From Paraphysomonas bandaiensis (lineage: Eukaryota; Protista; Chrysophyceae): a DNA stretch of 64,000 nucleotides. The notes under the pieces were generated by a model, which saw only the letters and a program-made list of their open reading frames with translations, did no database searches and had not been told where the DNA came from. Both the position numbers and the translations under genes were made by a program. The stretch is taken from contig CBFFRP010000292.1 in assembly GCA_965644295.1 (NCBI GenBank), positions 62,001-126,000 on the forward strand, given 5' to 3'. Shown piece after piece: positions 13,660-27,078 of the stretch; position 1 is the stretch's first letter; each line of letters starts with the position of its first letter.

Positions 13660-14835
13660 AATTGGGCAACATTTGTACCAATTAAATGGAGGGTTTCAGG
13701 CCGTGTATGTAAGGAGCCTGAGAACTTCCTTGTTCGGCTCATAGTCCAGCTTGTGGGGACATGTAATTCTTCTCTTGGAAGTCTGCATAAATGTAAGCAT
13801 TGGAGTAATCTACCTGGTGTAGTTCCAGCCTAAATATGGTTGGTATTGCGATTACCTTGCTCAACATATATGTGGCCTTTGCACCTGGCCGCCTGATAGT
13901 GCCTCATCAATATTGTTAGGGGTGTTAGGAATGTTTTTGTCGCACACCCATTATGAGTGTGCGTAATACTATTAACTTCATGATATACATCTTTCACAAT
14001 ATAGCTATATCATACTTGCCGTGTGCTTATAATTATACACATGTCAATAATCAAAGGTATACGTTGACAATTACCATTTTTATGGTCAGTCTCTTGCTGC
14101 GGAGACATTTCTTGACATCACGCTTTACCTTATGGCGATGGGTCGTTTGGACCCACGTGATTGTACTGGCGGATCTTTGCCGCTTCCTACCACCCGGGGA
14201 ATGCACAGGCTTGGCTGCTCGCTTAACCTTACGAGCAGGATGAGCACTGTTGTTGTCACCCCGTGCCTCCTTCAGCACTGTATTCCATTGAGCTACTTTT
14301 ATGCGGCGAGGCCTTGCCTCCTTTACATTCGAATTAGACCCTACAAAATGGCTGTGACTCCCGCTCCGTGTGGCTTAATGACGGCTATATATGAGGTGAA
14401 CCGCTTCTCCTCTCCTTGGGGTTGTTCCTACCACGGGATATCCTGATTTTTTTTTCGCAGGAGTGGCACATCGTGAGGTCCCTCCTGTAGCTGTGGCATG
14501 TTTGGCATCAATGTGGCAATGACATTTTTGAACCACTAGGAGCAGATAGTGAATTGCGCCTGTCGGATAAATTGACTTCATATATATAAGGGCCGTTGAA
14601 CATCCTTGCTGTTGATGATAGAATTCCATCGTGGTATACGTGGGCCTCGTTCAACTCAAATACGATATTGCAGCCTTCGTCTGTTATGTGGCATTCAGAA
14701 CGCCTCTGTTTACCATGACCCAGTATTTTGCGTGTAGGTCGTGGTGTGGTCGGGAGTGAAGTTGGAGAGTAGACTTCTGGATGTTATAATTGATATGATA
14801 CAACCGGAGTATCTAAGCTCCCGAAGTCTTCCTGC
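13660..14835 (-). mobile_element. Decayed Ty1/copia LTR-retrotransposon pol relic (protease, integrase zinc finger, RT)
   Basis: Minus-strand fragments in copia order: YSGCIISIITSRSLLSNFTP (DSG protease-like), ITDEGCNIVFELNEAHVYHDG..NGPY, CHSC, PNNIDEALSG, LELHQVDYSNAYIYADFQEKNYMS, IHGLK, NWYK. Many stops, frameshifts and deletions. Confidence 0.8.
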
Positions 14836-14855
14836 TGATGTCTTATATTGACAAG

Positions 14856-14985
14856 TAAACAGACATCCGAGAATAGGCCTATCTGAAGGAAATCCGGGGG
14901 TTTGGGGACTGTCTGCTGAAGTCAAGCACCCAGATGAGTTAGCCTTGAGAATGTTCTGAAGCAGATATCGATATTCTGTTTTCTC
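14856..14985 (+). repeat. Family A repeat, diverged internal fragment (opposite orientation to the 22.4/39.6/56.6 kb copies)
   Basis: TAAACAGACATCCGAGAATAGGCCTATCTGAAGG...CTGCTGAAGTCAAGCA aligns to the reverse complement of about 56745-56836. Confidence 0.75.
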
Positions 14986-16701
14986 ACTTCGTTGGTTTGA
15001 GTGATTGATGCCGAATAATGTCTTCACCGTGTTTGGCATCTGTATGGCTAATGACTGTGGTAATGCGTCAAACTTTCCTCATGGGTTCATGGCAATGGAA
15101 ATACGATTCTTGATGCTGTAATGGATATGGTACTACCGGAATATAGGATTCTGACATCATTTATATCTGCACACTGTCATATGTGTGCAGGCAACAAATA
15201 GTGTAAAGTAGATATGACTTCTCTGTTGTGTGTGACATGATAAACATAACAATGCCTCTAGAATTCAAAAGTACCATGCTACAGGTGTATAAACTCTAAA
15301 ACTAATTTAGGATTTTCCCCAAGTTTGAAAAAGTTGCTGTTTCATATGCAGGGTATGGAATTTCAGAGAATGTCCTGTTGTTGTACCTTCATTTATTTAT
15401 TTATATTTTGTTGAGGAGTTTCTGATATAGTGCCCATTCCACTCGTTTGTCATCATAACATTTGTATTAGCGTATCAGCTGTATGTGTTCTCAGGAGTGC
15501 TTGCATTCTGCTGCAACGTAGTTTGAGACATTGCACCTAAACCATTTGACCTCATATGATTTCGCAGTTATTTACACTTATTAAATTTCTTGGGGCCGCT
15601 GGAAACTGTCCTGCCGTTGGATTTTTGCTTCTTCGTATTATTTCTCCGATATATCATCCAATAAAAAGATTGTTCGACGCTTTTATACCCTGTGCATGCT
15701 TTTACGTCCGATAGTACTTAATTTATTTGCCGGTTTCTACCTTAAATATGGCTATAGTTAGCTTGAACTGGGGATGTAAGAGTCTATTTATTTACAACAT
15801 CAATTCAATAATTTAGGACGACATCGTAATCTACAAATATTAATTACATTCGGTGTCAATCATGCGATACAATTGTGAGCCCTTGTCAATAAGACTCGAG
15901 TCATAGGGAAATACTCTTTTAAAAATCTACCCAAATATAACCGAATTTCTTGAGGAAAATCAACAGTTTCAAGCATGTCTTAAATTTAGGTCACACGAGA
16001 GAGCGTTATACACTGGCGATTATCATGCAGCACATACAGCTGCTGAAGAAGAATTGTTAGCACAAGAAACATATCTGAATTGTGCGCTCCGGCTGCCGAT
16101 ACTGCCTCATAAATACTCAATACTCCAGATTGCCGCCCTAGAAAAGAGCATCGGGAAAACAGAGTGAATAGTCGGTCATAAGGTGGACTGCATCACACCT
16201 GCTGAAAGGATTGAGTGGCGAAATAATAGGCGGCAATAAGAGAAGTTCTCTCTGTGCCTCGTAAGCTTACTCATACATGTTTGAGCTTAATCACATGAGG
16301 CTGATACATGCATATCCATGTGGATATCATCCACAGTCACTACACCACACATCAGTACAATACAAACAAGGGGCAGAGCCTGTTTTTTTAGTAAACCAGT
16401 ATCTAGAATATGCCCGATTTTAGACCCAAGTAAACATGGTTTTGAGGAAATATGATGGATGGGGTGCTTTTTTGGTTCCAGTCACTGCAGGTATATACAG
16501 CAGTATATTTATATTCGCAGTATTCCTATTCGGTATTCCTCACCAGCAAGATATCAGGGATGCTTAAGCATACAGAGATCACAGCAGTGTCAACCAGCAG
16601 TAGACTGCTGTATAGACGACACAATAGAAGAGTAGACTGCTGCTTGTTCGGGTATTATAATTCGTAGATTGAAAGAACTACTTACACCTCTAGCGAAGAA
16701 T

Positions 16702-19391
16702 ATGCTGGCTTTATTAGTCACCACAGTAGCTGTCCTGTTGACCACTCTAATCGTCATTGGAACAGTGATGTACTTTCATAGTCAGCACCAGAAGCTCTTG
16801 TTGGATAAGGCACGACAGATTGATACTACTAACATACTGTGTCAAGGATTCAGCGCGAAAAAAGTATCTGAAATGGGTCAGTTTGATTGCATTATTATCG
16901 GGAGCGGTATGGGGGGACTGACATCCGCTGCTCTGCTGTCAAGGATTGGTGTGTAGATCACCAGCACATAATTATTATTGTCTGAGTGGTTTGTGTTTTA
17001 TAGGCAAGCGTGTTTTATTACTCGAGCAGCATGATGTAATTGGTGGATGTACTCATACATTTACCGAGAAGGTAGATACAGGAATGAATGCTGTAAAGTT
17101 TATGGCGCTAACCTTTATGAAATATAGGGATATGAGTTCGATACAGGTTTGCATTACGTTGGGAAGGAGGTTTCATCACGAAAAACTCCCCTGGGATATT
17201 TGTTTCACGTCTTAGGCATGGGAGGCATCCAGTGGTCTCATCTGGATAGTGTCTATGACGTTGCAAAAATATCTCCTGAGCTGGCTAAGCAGCAATCATG
17301 CGGCACAAGTCCATCTGTTTCTACTATGGAATTTTCGTCGAATGAGAAAGATACCATGTCGAATCTTATTGCAGCCTTTCCGTCTGAAGAGCAGGCCATC
17401 AAGTCCTACTTCCGTGTAGTCCAATGGGCAATCATAGGGTTCCAGATATATGCAGTACTGAAGGTACTTCCTAAGGCGGTATCTTCACTGGTTGGCGTCA
17501 TACTATCTCCGTTTTTTAATAGTGTGCTTGGTACGACTACATTGGAGGTTCGTAGTAGCGACAATGCAGGACTTTGTTAAACGTAATGTGTATCAGGTGC
17601 TGAAATCTATCACCAAGAACAAAGAGCTGATCGGCGTCCTTTCGTACATGTGGCCTGACTATGTGTGTGCCTTGTTGGTTCTTTCGATGTCAACTTATGT
17701 CGTATATTTTTTTCTGTAGGGTCTTCCACCAGGAGAATCCGCATTTGTTATGACTGCTCTTTTGTCTGATCACTTTAAGAACGGGGCATGCTATCCCGCC
17801 GGTGGATCGTCAGTTCTCGCTGAAAATATTCTACCTATTGTCTTGGCAGCTAATGGTGCAGCTCTTGTTCGAGCTCCTGTGTCGCGAATTATACTAAATG
17901 AAAGTGGCAACGAAGCTGTTGGCGTGTCTGTTAGGTGATATTGACATTTGACGATGTTGCACGTATTAGCATGCACACAATATACTGTCAGATCTCTTTA
18001 CGTCTATGATTTTATATTTGCCTTTTTTGTATTTAGAGGCCTTGATATCTATGCGCCATGCATAATAAGTGCTGCTGGGGTACTTAACACGTACTGCAAA
18101 CTGATTCAATCATCTCAGTGCCCTCATGCCGACGCAGTTTTGAAACATCTTCATGTACGACTGCCGAACAACGGTGAAACGTCTCCCCAGTCAGGTTCAA
18201 TATGAGCGACCGTATATTCGATTTAACATTTTTCCTAGTGACCAGAAAGTGCCCTCTAGATAAGGTTGAGCCTTCAATTTCGATGTTCTCGATGTTTATT
18301 GGCCTCTCCTGTAATGCGAAAGAGTTGAATCTCCCCGCCCGAAATTTTTGGCTGGTATATTTTTCACTTGGAATGTTCTTGTAGACATGCATGGGCATTC
18401 TATAAAGGGTAGTGTACGGCGGTTTGAAATGTTCATATTTTTAATGAAGATATATTGTTTTATTTTATTGATGTTAATATTTGTGCAGTATCCCCACTGG
18501 AATCACGAAGCGGCGATGAAGTCGTACGAAAATTCAATTTCTAAACTGCAGACAAAGAATCAGCATGGGATGGATAAATCGTGCGATGGATATGATGCAG
18601 TTGTGGTAGAACGAGAAGACGTGAATGCATGTCCTTATCTTCCCGTTGCATTTTTAGCATCACCCTCAGGTATAGAAGTACCCTGTTCAGTAATGTTACA
18701 TCAATTGGTCAAGTTAATGTCTATACTCACTGTATTACAACGTGTTTGTTTCAGCGAAAGATTGCAATTGGACCAAGCGATATCCTGACCGATCAGTGTT
18801 GGAGGTAATTACTGCCGCCGATTTCGACAGGTATGTGTTTCTTCCATACCATGATTTTCAGATTCGAATTTTATTACAATAGTTTCTGGAATGCAACTCC
18901 AGATGGGAAGAAAGAAAAGCCTAAGCATCGTGGTGGCAGGTAAATCCCCCATTTTCCGTAGCACTTTGCGTGAAATACGAATTAGATATGAAGTAATGAA
19001 GAGTCAAATTGAAGCGAAGCTTCTGCGCATTGTGGAGGAGCAGTTTCCCCAAGTGAAGGATAAAATTGAATATGTTTCTTCTGGAACACCAATGTCAAAT
19101 AATTTCTATCTCGGGTCTGTGAATGGAGAGGTATACTACTGCTGATTGAATATAGTATATTACTTTATCCTGATATGCAAGGTATACGGCTTGTCACACA
19201 ATGTTGCGCGATTTACATCTTGCGACTGGTTTCTCCGTCCCAAAACTCCAATACGTGGCTTGTACTTGGCCGGACAAGATGTTATGACCGACGGTATTGT
19301 TGGCGCCACTGGTGGTGGACTTATATGCGCTATAAGCGTGAGTTTTTACGTCATATTTGATCTTTTTGTGAGTTTTGTATCGGAGTTGTAA
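16702..19391 (+). CDS. All-trans-retinol 13,14-reductase (retinol saturase)/phytoene-desaturase-family FAD oxidoreductase
   Basis: N-terminal TM, FDCIIIGSGMGGL dinucleotide-binding motif, LLEQHDVIGGCTHTF..GYEFDTGLHYVG, YPAGG, GTPMSNNFYLG..GEVYGL, TPIRGLYLAGQD. More than 10 short introns. Confidence 0.9.
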
Positions 19392-19681
19392 AGGAATAGC
19401 TCCATGCAGTCTTGTTGGAAAGTTTCGTGGTTATTCTCTCATTAATTTATTTTTGGATATTATTGTACACTCTTCTTTCTAACGTAATTCATTGTAACAT
19501 CATTTCGTTTATATATACGCCAATCTGTTGGGCCGGAATTGTTAGGGAAGTACTGTAGAACATTGTGATAAACAGTTTCTGTTAGAATTGGGCATTACAT
19601 TGAAGTTAACCTTGCTGTGCACGTAAACCTTAAAGTTGCTTTGCTGCATACAACGTACTTCCAAAAAGAAATAAAAATATT

Positions 19682-19778
19682 TATATTGAAAGTCTTATTC
19701 TTAGCAATAGGCGTTAAAAACCTGCACCAACTTAGTAGCTAGATGAATGCTAGGCAAACTAGTTAGACCTCTACCTGT
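19682..19778 (-). repeat. Family A repeat, short terminal copy
   Basis: Nearly identical to 56532-56637 (TATATTGAAAGTCTTATT..TAGCAATAGGCGTTAAAAACCTGCACCAACTTAGTAGCTAGATG...CTACCTGT). Strand follows the tail-at-3' model. Confidence 0.9.
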
Positions 19779-20848
19779 CACTAATTTATAAAATTATTTA
19801 AACTAAACACACCGTAGCATATTCATGTATAACATGTGGTGAACCTCTGATATCACTAAAATCTGTTTATCATATGTGCTCTAGTCACTATCCATATCGA
19901 CAAACATCTGATTAACTTTACTTCCTGTGTAACTATATTTAGCCTTTATAACCATGTGTTGGTTTTACGTGCTGCACAGTATAGACCCACTTCAATTTAT
20001 ATATCATATCATACAGCAGGGCTAACTTCGTAGACGTTACAAATATCTACTTACACGCTCATAATGGCCAATGTCTACAAAGAGTACCTGCATTCAGCTG
20101 TAGTAGATAAAAATTAATGAGCTGATTATCAATACCATGCGAACGTGTGACAGGCTTTATATATTGTAAAAAACAAGAAAACTTTAGATATTCCAAATAA
20201 AGGTCAATTATGGTTAATACTGAATCATATCTTGAAGTCATGTGTGGTGTCCGTGAAATATATTGATGATAAGGCCACAAATGCACTCAGTGGATTGTTA
20301 GTTGCCGAAATTGTAATCGAATAAAAGCTGGTAAGTATTATTCTCCAGCTATGTTGAAACAACGACGAAACCATTTACAACTTTGACATATGTAGAATTA
20401 TATACAATCCTAGTTGTGAATATAGACACAATCTCATATAGACACCATCATTAGACTCTACACACCCTCTTGTCGAGAGTGTCGATAAGTAAGCCAATGA
20501 AAGGCATGATCGACACGCTGTATGTGACTTGCTTTGTCGAAACTCTTCGATGACATTCACTGTAGACGAGTCGTCTGCTTGGAGTGAGTTGGCTCTGTAG
20601 GCTCACGGTCTTCATTTGCATGGAAACCAAGCTGTTGATGAAGCTTTTTTTCTCATAATCCAATCATATACTTCTATACTCTTTTACCACTAGTTGATTA
20701 GCTAATTTTTTTCTGGGTCATAAGGAAATTTCTGGCAATCTCCTGCATGTACAGTGTATTCGTACAGAGTGCACTTGCTTATATGCATATATTTCTACAT
20801 CTCGCCACTCCGTAGAGCACAGAGTTTCCATCGTATAGAAGCATACTA

Positions 20849-21928
20849 ATGCTCGCCTTAACATACACAGCCCATCCCCATGTCGATGAGGAGGAAGATG
20901 AAGATATGTGTGAATATGAGTATGAGTATGTGGAGCAGGAGGAAGGAAGATCATCATGGGCTCACTCCTGTCGTGTGTGTTGGCTTAGTGCGCTAGATAT
21001 GCAGGATACATGTAAAGACAGGCTTCACAGTCTCATCAGACCTGATAAAAATGATATCCGCATTTCAGACTACTTTTTAAACGATTCCATTGCAGAGTAT
21101 TCCATAGCGACTCTGAGGCGCTTCTATGAGACCAAAGAGAACTCTGACATCACAGTGTGTGCAGAGGACGGATCCAATCCAATAAAGGCGCATCGCGACG
21201 TATTGAAGATTCATAGCGAATACTTTCGTGCACTCTGTGGAGAGATTTGGCAGCAAATCCCGAGTAATAATGTCGTATGTCTGGACTTTCCTGCTCATAT
21301 ATTGGAACTAGTAATGTATTACTTCTATTCCGGTAGCACTACTGGTATGTTTGAAACTGGTTGCCTCTTGCCTTGTCTTCAACTGGCACACCATCTTATT
21401 ATGCCTGCGTTAGTTTTGGAACTATCTGAGGGAGCAGGACGATGCATTGACAAGGAGAATGTGAGCTCACTTCTCTCCTTCTCTGATGCGCTCAACCTCC
21501 CATTTCTAAAAGAGAAATGCGTATCATTTGCTGTATCAAATTTGACAGATATTGATCATTTAGAATTCTATCAGGAGCTTCCCTGTAGGGTCAAGGTTGC
21601 GATCCGCGGCCTCCAGAGGTCGTACTTGCAGTGCCGCTCATCATACGGGAACATATTTCATAGCATACGAGAACTAATAGCGATGATGGGGGAGGCACAG
21701 GAAGAAGAGGAGGAGGCATATGCGAAAGCTTCTCAGCAGCTGGATGAAGAAATGAGTAACTATGAAACTGACGTTGCTTTGTCTCTTGTTGCTGTGGACA
21801 GTGAGAGAATGCAGCGCTTCCAACGTGTGCGCAGTACGCTGGAACTACAGCATCAAAGGTTGAAAGAACGAAGAAAATTTTATACACAACAAAAGCAAGC
21901 ATTAGATATACTGTTGAAGAATTATTGA
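20849..21928 (+). CDS. BTB/POZ-domain protein with C-terminal coiled coil
   Basis: SDITV......IKAHRDVLKIHSEYFRAL...YFYSG BTB signature and a BACK-like helix (ENVSSLLSFSDALNLPFLKEKC). Single ORF; start codon uncertain. Confidence 0.85.
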   Translation: MLALTYTAHPHVDEEEDEDMCEYEYEYVEQEEGRSSWAHSCRVCWLSALDMQDTCKDRLHSLIRPDKNDIRISDYFLNDSIAEYSIATLRRFYETKENSDITVCAEDGSNPIKAHRDVLKIHSEYFRALCGEIWQQIPSNNVVCLDFPAHILELVMYYFYSGSTTGMFETGCLLPCLQLAHHLIMPALVLELSEGAGRCIDKENVSSLLSFSDALNLPFLKEKCVSFAVSNLTDIDHLEFYQELPCRVKVAIRGLQRSYLQCRSSYGNIFHSIRELIAMMGEAQEEEEEAYAKASQQLDEEMSNYETDVALSLVAVDSERMQRFQRVRSTLELQHQRLKERRKFYTQQKQALDILLKNY

Positions 21929-22332
21929 AGAATAATAATATTTAGAAGCAGCGATTGAGTTTCCTTTATATATCATGAGCATGTGCACTATTATATCTAC
22001 ACCGAATTGAACTGTGATACCAATGTGGCAGAATGTGTACTCTAGTTTCTGTCCCAATGATATTTTTTTTAGTATACGATAGAATAATAATACAAGTTTT
22101 TGATGTTGCTTCTATTGCTACGATGTAGTAGGTAGGATGAAACATGAATTCGGTCGCCATCGTGAAAGTCTTGAATGTAAGAGTTGTGCATAAGTCATAA
22201 GTATAATTACACTTACTTACTTATGCATTGTGTATTATTACCAGCACCGAGCGCGCATTGAAATTTTATATACTTCACTATAAAATTTAAAATTGGCGAC
22301 TTCAGCAATACTATATATAAAGGAGGGTTAAT

Positions 22333-22725
22333 GTCTTATTATTAGCAATAGGCGACTAACGACTAAGAGTCAGAACCAATGTAGCATTGCAATTTAACTA
22401 ACTAATGCTTAACTCTAATATCCTACTATTTAACGCTACGAAAGCAGCTTGTGTGTCACTGCAAGCTGCAATCATCATGATGCAACCGCTTTTGCTCTAT
22501 CACTCAAAGCAAACACAGCAAGCAAGTAGAATGTTGATATACCTGACATCTGCTAACTTCAGGATTTCTCAGTCCATAAGGTGAAGAGCCCGATTCTTGA
22601 CTTCAGCAGGCAGTCCAATACCCAGGTTACCCTTGAGGTGGGCCTACAGTCACGGATGCCTGTTTATCCGTCAGAGTCACTCATAGCCAAATGCTTGTGT
22701 GGTACAAGAGGGACGCTAATAATAA
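22333..22725 (-). repeat. Family A repeat, long copy with an inverted distal segment
   Basis: Core CCTACTATTTAACGCTACG...CGGATGCCTGTTTAT is shared with the 39.6 and 56.7 kb copies. 22678-22714 is the reverse complement of 56881-56915. Ends are TTATTATTAGC (22336-22346) and GCTAATAATAA (22715-22725). Confidence 0.88.
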
Positions 22726-23248
22726 TGACGGAATATAACATCCTCACATATCTATAAAACTCATTCTTAATTCTATGCTACAGCAGTAATATGTAATATA
22801 GTACTGAGATCGGACGATTTGCTATAATATATTCAGGAATCCGCAGCTACAAGGTCGAGAAACAGGCATGAAGGGTTAGAATTCCAATATATATATGCAT
22901 CGCCACTAATAGTTCATTATTCCCACATTCTCGAAAGACGTTCTTGTCGTGCGATACACATTTTTCTACTGGTTTGCACGAATAGTTGTTAGTATCTAGT
23001 ATCCAAATAGTTACGATCGTACGATAACTAAAAAGGAATAACATAAGGAAAACAGTACTCATGAACTACTTTGTGACAAGTACCCATATGTAAAAGTTAA
23101 GTGTTATTCTGCCCCTGTCATCCCGTATCATATAAGTATACAAATTTTGAAGCAATATCAGTGTGCTTGATTACCGCCAACAGTTGAAACTCTAATTATT
23201 AAACGGACATCTGTGGCTACCTATTTGTAGCGGAATGGATATACCGTG

Positions 23249-25393
23249 TTACAATCTATCGTTCTCCACATGATCAAGTCCAAACTCTTCGTCATCTGCA
23301 GAAGGGAGTGAATAGTCATTATCCTTTCTGATTCTGCTACCAGACGATCTCTGCTTCCGGCTCTGGCACCACAAAGACACAACTTCACAACGCAATACCG
23401 AATACCAATATGTATATATACCTCCATATCGTCAGCAGCTCCATTTATATCAGGAACAACATCCTCATCATAGTCATCTGCTCAACATAAGATGCATGTA
23501 ATAAAATAGAAAAAACATACCGGGGTCCTCGGTAGGCAGCTGTGCTGCATAAGAGAGCAGCATACTTGTATCTGCAAGTCACCATACGAATGAAGTTAGT
23601 CGGGGTATCTTCTTAGCAGTTAGCACATATTCACCTACCAGAGGGACGACAGATGACGCATACAGCTGCAAGCACTGAGAAGTTAAGAATTTCCCATGAG
23701 ACTTGCTGTAGCCAATCCCATTGCCACGGAAACGATACATAACCAGTCGTCCCTACAACGTTCGCCAACAATTACGGGAAAAACAATGAGGACAATGACT
23801 CACTTAGCGACATCAGCACGGAAACTACTATAAAAAGGATAGAAAAGAGACCAATCGTGGAGAAGAGACGGTTGTACATGTCAAGCTTGTGCGTTTGCTG
23901 AAACTCCGTCAAAATCCTGTGTATCATTAATATCATGTCCACAAAAAACACATATGATTCTAACGCATTGCAAAAGTGTATTCCAACGTCAATCACAATG
24001 TTCAGATATATACCGTATGGTGGATGTCAGAGCAAGATAAATCCACATCAGGAAGAGCAAATCAATTAGCATAGAGGGTACTAGCATTCCAGCTGACCGT
24101 GGAGCTTCGTCTGGGTGCACATCTAGCGAAACGATACTCGCAACCTCATATGTCGTGGCTGTATATCGAATCAAAAAACAACTATTGTTTCATATGAAGA
24201 AGCGTACCGATGCCAAAATATAGCAATGTAACGGCAGTGACGGCGATCCACTCAGCATTAAGCAGTTTGGGCCGTACAATACCATACCCGAGGCTCACAA
24301 CCAGTAGCAGAGTGCGGGAGAGGGTCTGTCGGAATATCTGCGCATTAGAAGCGTGAGAAGATGAATGCACAGACATTGTGAAAGAATACACCTGCATTAT
24401 GAGGGCAGCTACCACTACAGGAGGAAAGGGACAGCAATAGGGATGGCCAGTTAGATTTATCGTAAGGTATGCAGCGAACCACATGCATGCCTCCGCGGCA
24501 GCCACCAAAAGTACACCAAAAATAGCTTTGTGTAAGACAAGCACGGATTCCTACAAAATATATCATCTATGATAGAAAACACGCCTACTATGTACCTGGT
24601 ATCGGAGATAGTAGTACAAAAAGTACCCTGTAAAAAGTATGAATGCAACAGCCCTGGCGCCCTGATATTCAAACTACATAACGGGAAGGGATATAAAATT
24701 ACAGACATATAACCACCTCAAACGGAAGCAGACCGTACAACTCGGCTGGAATATATCCATAGGGGTTCTTAAATGATACGGTTCCTGTAAGCTCTGCAGA
24801 GAGAATACGTCCCTGATAGGAGCACAACTGGAAAGCTACATTGTGCCAAGACTCAACGTTTACTGTATACTTCCGGCGAATCTTAGCAGTCCAGTGGTAT
24901 TCATTAGCACCCGTTGTTGGGTTCTTAACAGTTGAAGTGTACTGTGTTGGTACGGTACGAATGAGAGCCTGTACTTATGTTAGACGAGGATAACAACTAC
25001 TCGAAGACACAATACATTGGTGGCCCAACTATACTCAGACGCAGATTCACCACAGAGGCCAAATGAATCTGCATGATGCTCAAAATCTGTGGCATATACC
25101 GCATACTCAAAGTGGGATGACACATTGTCTCTGGACCTGACACACCGATACGATACAGTCAGAACAATACTCTCACTATAATCTACTTACGTCACTAAGA
25201 GCTTGGTTTCAATGTCTATGTAAGACTCTCCTTGCTCTAGGAGCAGTGGCCCGTCACCTGAGGCAAACATATACCTCTCACTGAGGGTCAAGACTCTACC
25301 AGTGTCACTCATATCATCATTGACATGCCACCTAAAGGCCTGTGTCTCATAGATACACAGCGCGTAGCTTAATATCGTTAAATGAAGTATCAT
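23249..25393 (-). CDS. TMEM87/GPR107-like (Lung_7-TM_R, GOST family) seven-TM protein
   Basis: Signal peptide, luminal domain, KNPYGYIPAELYGLLPF, RTLLLVVSLGYGIVRP, Q..KL.MY, W.W.W motif, and an acidic tail ending DHVENDRL*. Many short introns. Confidence 0.9.
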
Positions 25394-25858
25394 TGTCGCG
25401 ATATTCTAGCCTATAATTAACAGATCTGTATCAGATTAAAGTGAATCGCTGGGCATAGAGAGATATCGACTGCGAGCATCTCATCCGATCCATTGCAGTC
25501 CTATCATCACATGTCACTTCATGCTGTCGAGGTACACCTACAGCAGTGTACAGCATGTATACTCTACAGTATTGCCAGTCGGAGCTGTACATAACAACAA
25601 ACTCTCTTGTACTTTCTGCCCCGTATGGAGTATACGTATATATCACTGCACCAGAATACAATGAAATACGTTTGTAAAGCAGAAATCCCGTTTTTTTAGA
25701 TCTATCGCACACAAAAGCCCCTATTTTCACCCATCTTTCTATGGTGCATGTGGACAAGAGCACCGAGTCTTCGTATCGGCTGTACAGTGATCTGCTCTAT
25801 CAATCGGAGTGACTTAGATGTGGTGTAGCATTACGAGTTACAACACCTAACACTTTCA

Positions 25859-27078
25859 ATGGCAAGTAGACCCGACTCGAGCTGTATGAGTGACTTGGAG
25901 TTCATATCGAGTTTGGTTCAAGATGAAATTCAAACCACAGTATCAGCAGCGCCATGTGTGCACACTGACTCGAATGAAATAGACATAGATGAGGAAGACA
26001 CTGCGTCCGATGATGACGATGTGTCCAGTGAGGGTGAGCACATAACTCCTACAGACGATACATGTGTCGCAGTGGATGATAGTAGCGATGTAGAGAGCGA
26101 ATTAGATGACATTGGAGACGAGAGTGCGAGTTCTAATACCGCACTTGATCTCCCCCCAAGAACTGCACACGAGATAGAGGAGCCTGTTGAAGAGGTGGAT
26201 GTAAAGATTCCACCAGAGGCTGAAATCATCTTGGTTGGAGAGGTGCTCTACCACATCTGTGGGGAGTCCACTGTTGTGATCCAATCTCTACCAACTTCTA
26301 CTCCGCTTGACGAGGGGTCGGTTTTATGTCTAGCTGACAGGTCCTTGATCGGCAAGGTGGGAGAAGTTTTCGGTCCTCTTTCACAACCGTTCTACGTAGT
26401 GCGATGGGCCAAGAGAAATGCTCGCCATCATACCAGTATAAACGAAATCGGAAATTCATCTCATGGAGATAATGGAGTTTCTTTAGTAGACCTTGCCCCT
26501 GGAACTGCTGTGTATGCTCCAAGTGGGCTGTGCTCTGTCATCACTCCTCTCTCTCTGCAGACAATACTTACTGCTAGTCGGGCTGCTACTGATGCCTCTA
26601 ATCTGTATGACGAGGAGGTATGAAGTGTATTACAATTCTACTGATTCAATTCTATATGTAGGTCGGTGAGGAAGAACAAGAGTTTTCTGACGACGAAAAG
26701 GAGGCTGAGTTCAAGCGTAAGAAGAGCCAGCAACAAAAAAAAAGAGGTCGGGGAGAGAGACAGCAGCTACCACACAATCCGGATGCACAACAACACTTTC
26801 CTCCCACTCCGCCAACAACTGTCGCACCAACTGGTTCTGCGTTACCATGGGCAGGTCAGTGTAGCATGGTATCGTGTCATATATTGCTTCTGTATCTGAC
26901 ACTATTCTTTCTCTGTCTATTACCCACTGCAGGATTCGGACAGACATATTCAGTTGGCAACAGTACAACTACTGAGAGCACAATCCCTGCACAAAGCAGT
27001 ACTTCCGATACTACACCAGTAGGACTCTGCTTTCCTCCCCGTCTTAGCCAATTTTCTTTTATAGGAAAAAAGAGCTAG
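25859..27078 (+). CDS. NAF1: H/ACA RNP assembly factor NAF1 (Gar1/Naf1 domain)
   Basis: LDEGSVLC..DR..IGKV.EVFGP..PFYVVR and DASNLYDEEV|GEEEQEFSDDEKEAEFKRK. Three exons. Confidence 0.92.

Noticed and set aside
14375-14629. GAIHYLL resembling a HUH Rep motif
   Set aside because: The second His is missing, and another frame reads as copia pol.
20059-20663. Short minus-strand ORFs, including LSTTAECRYSL
   Set aside because: Might be TE debris but is not distinguishable from chance.
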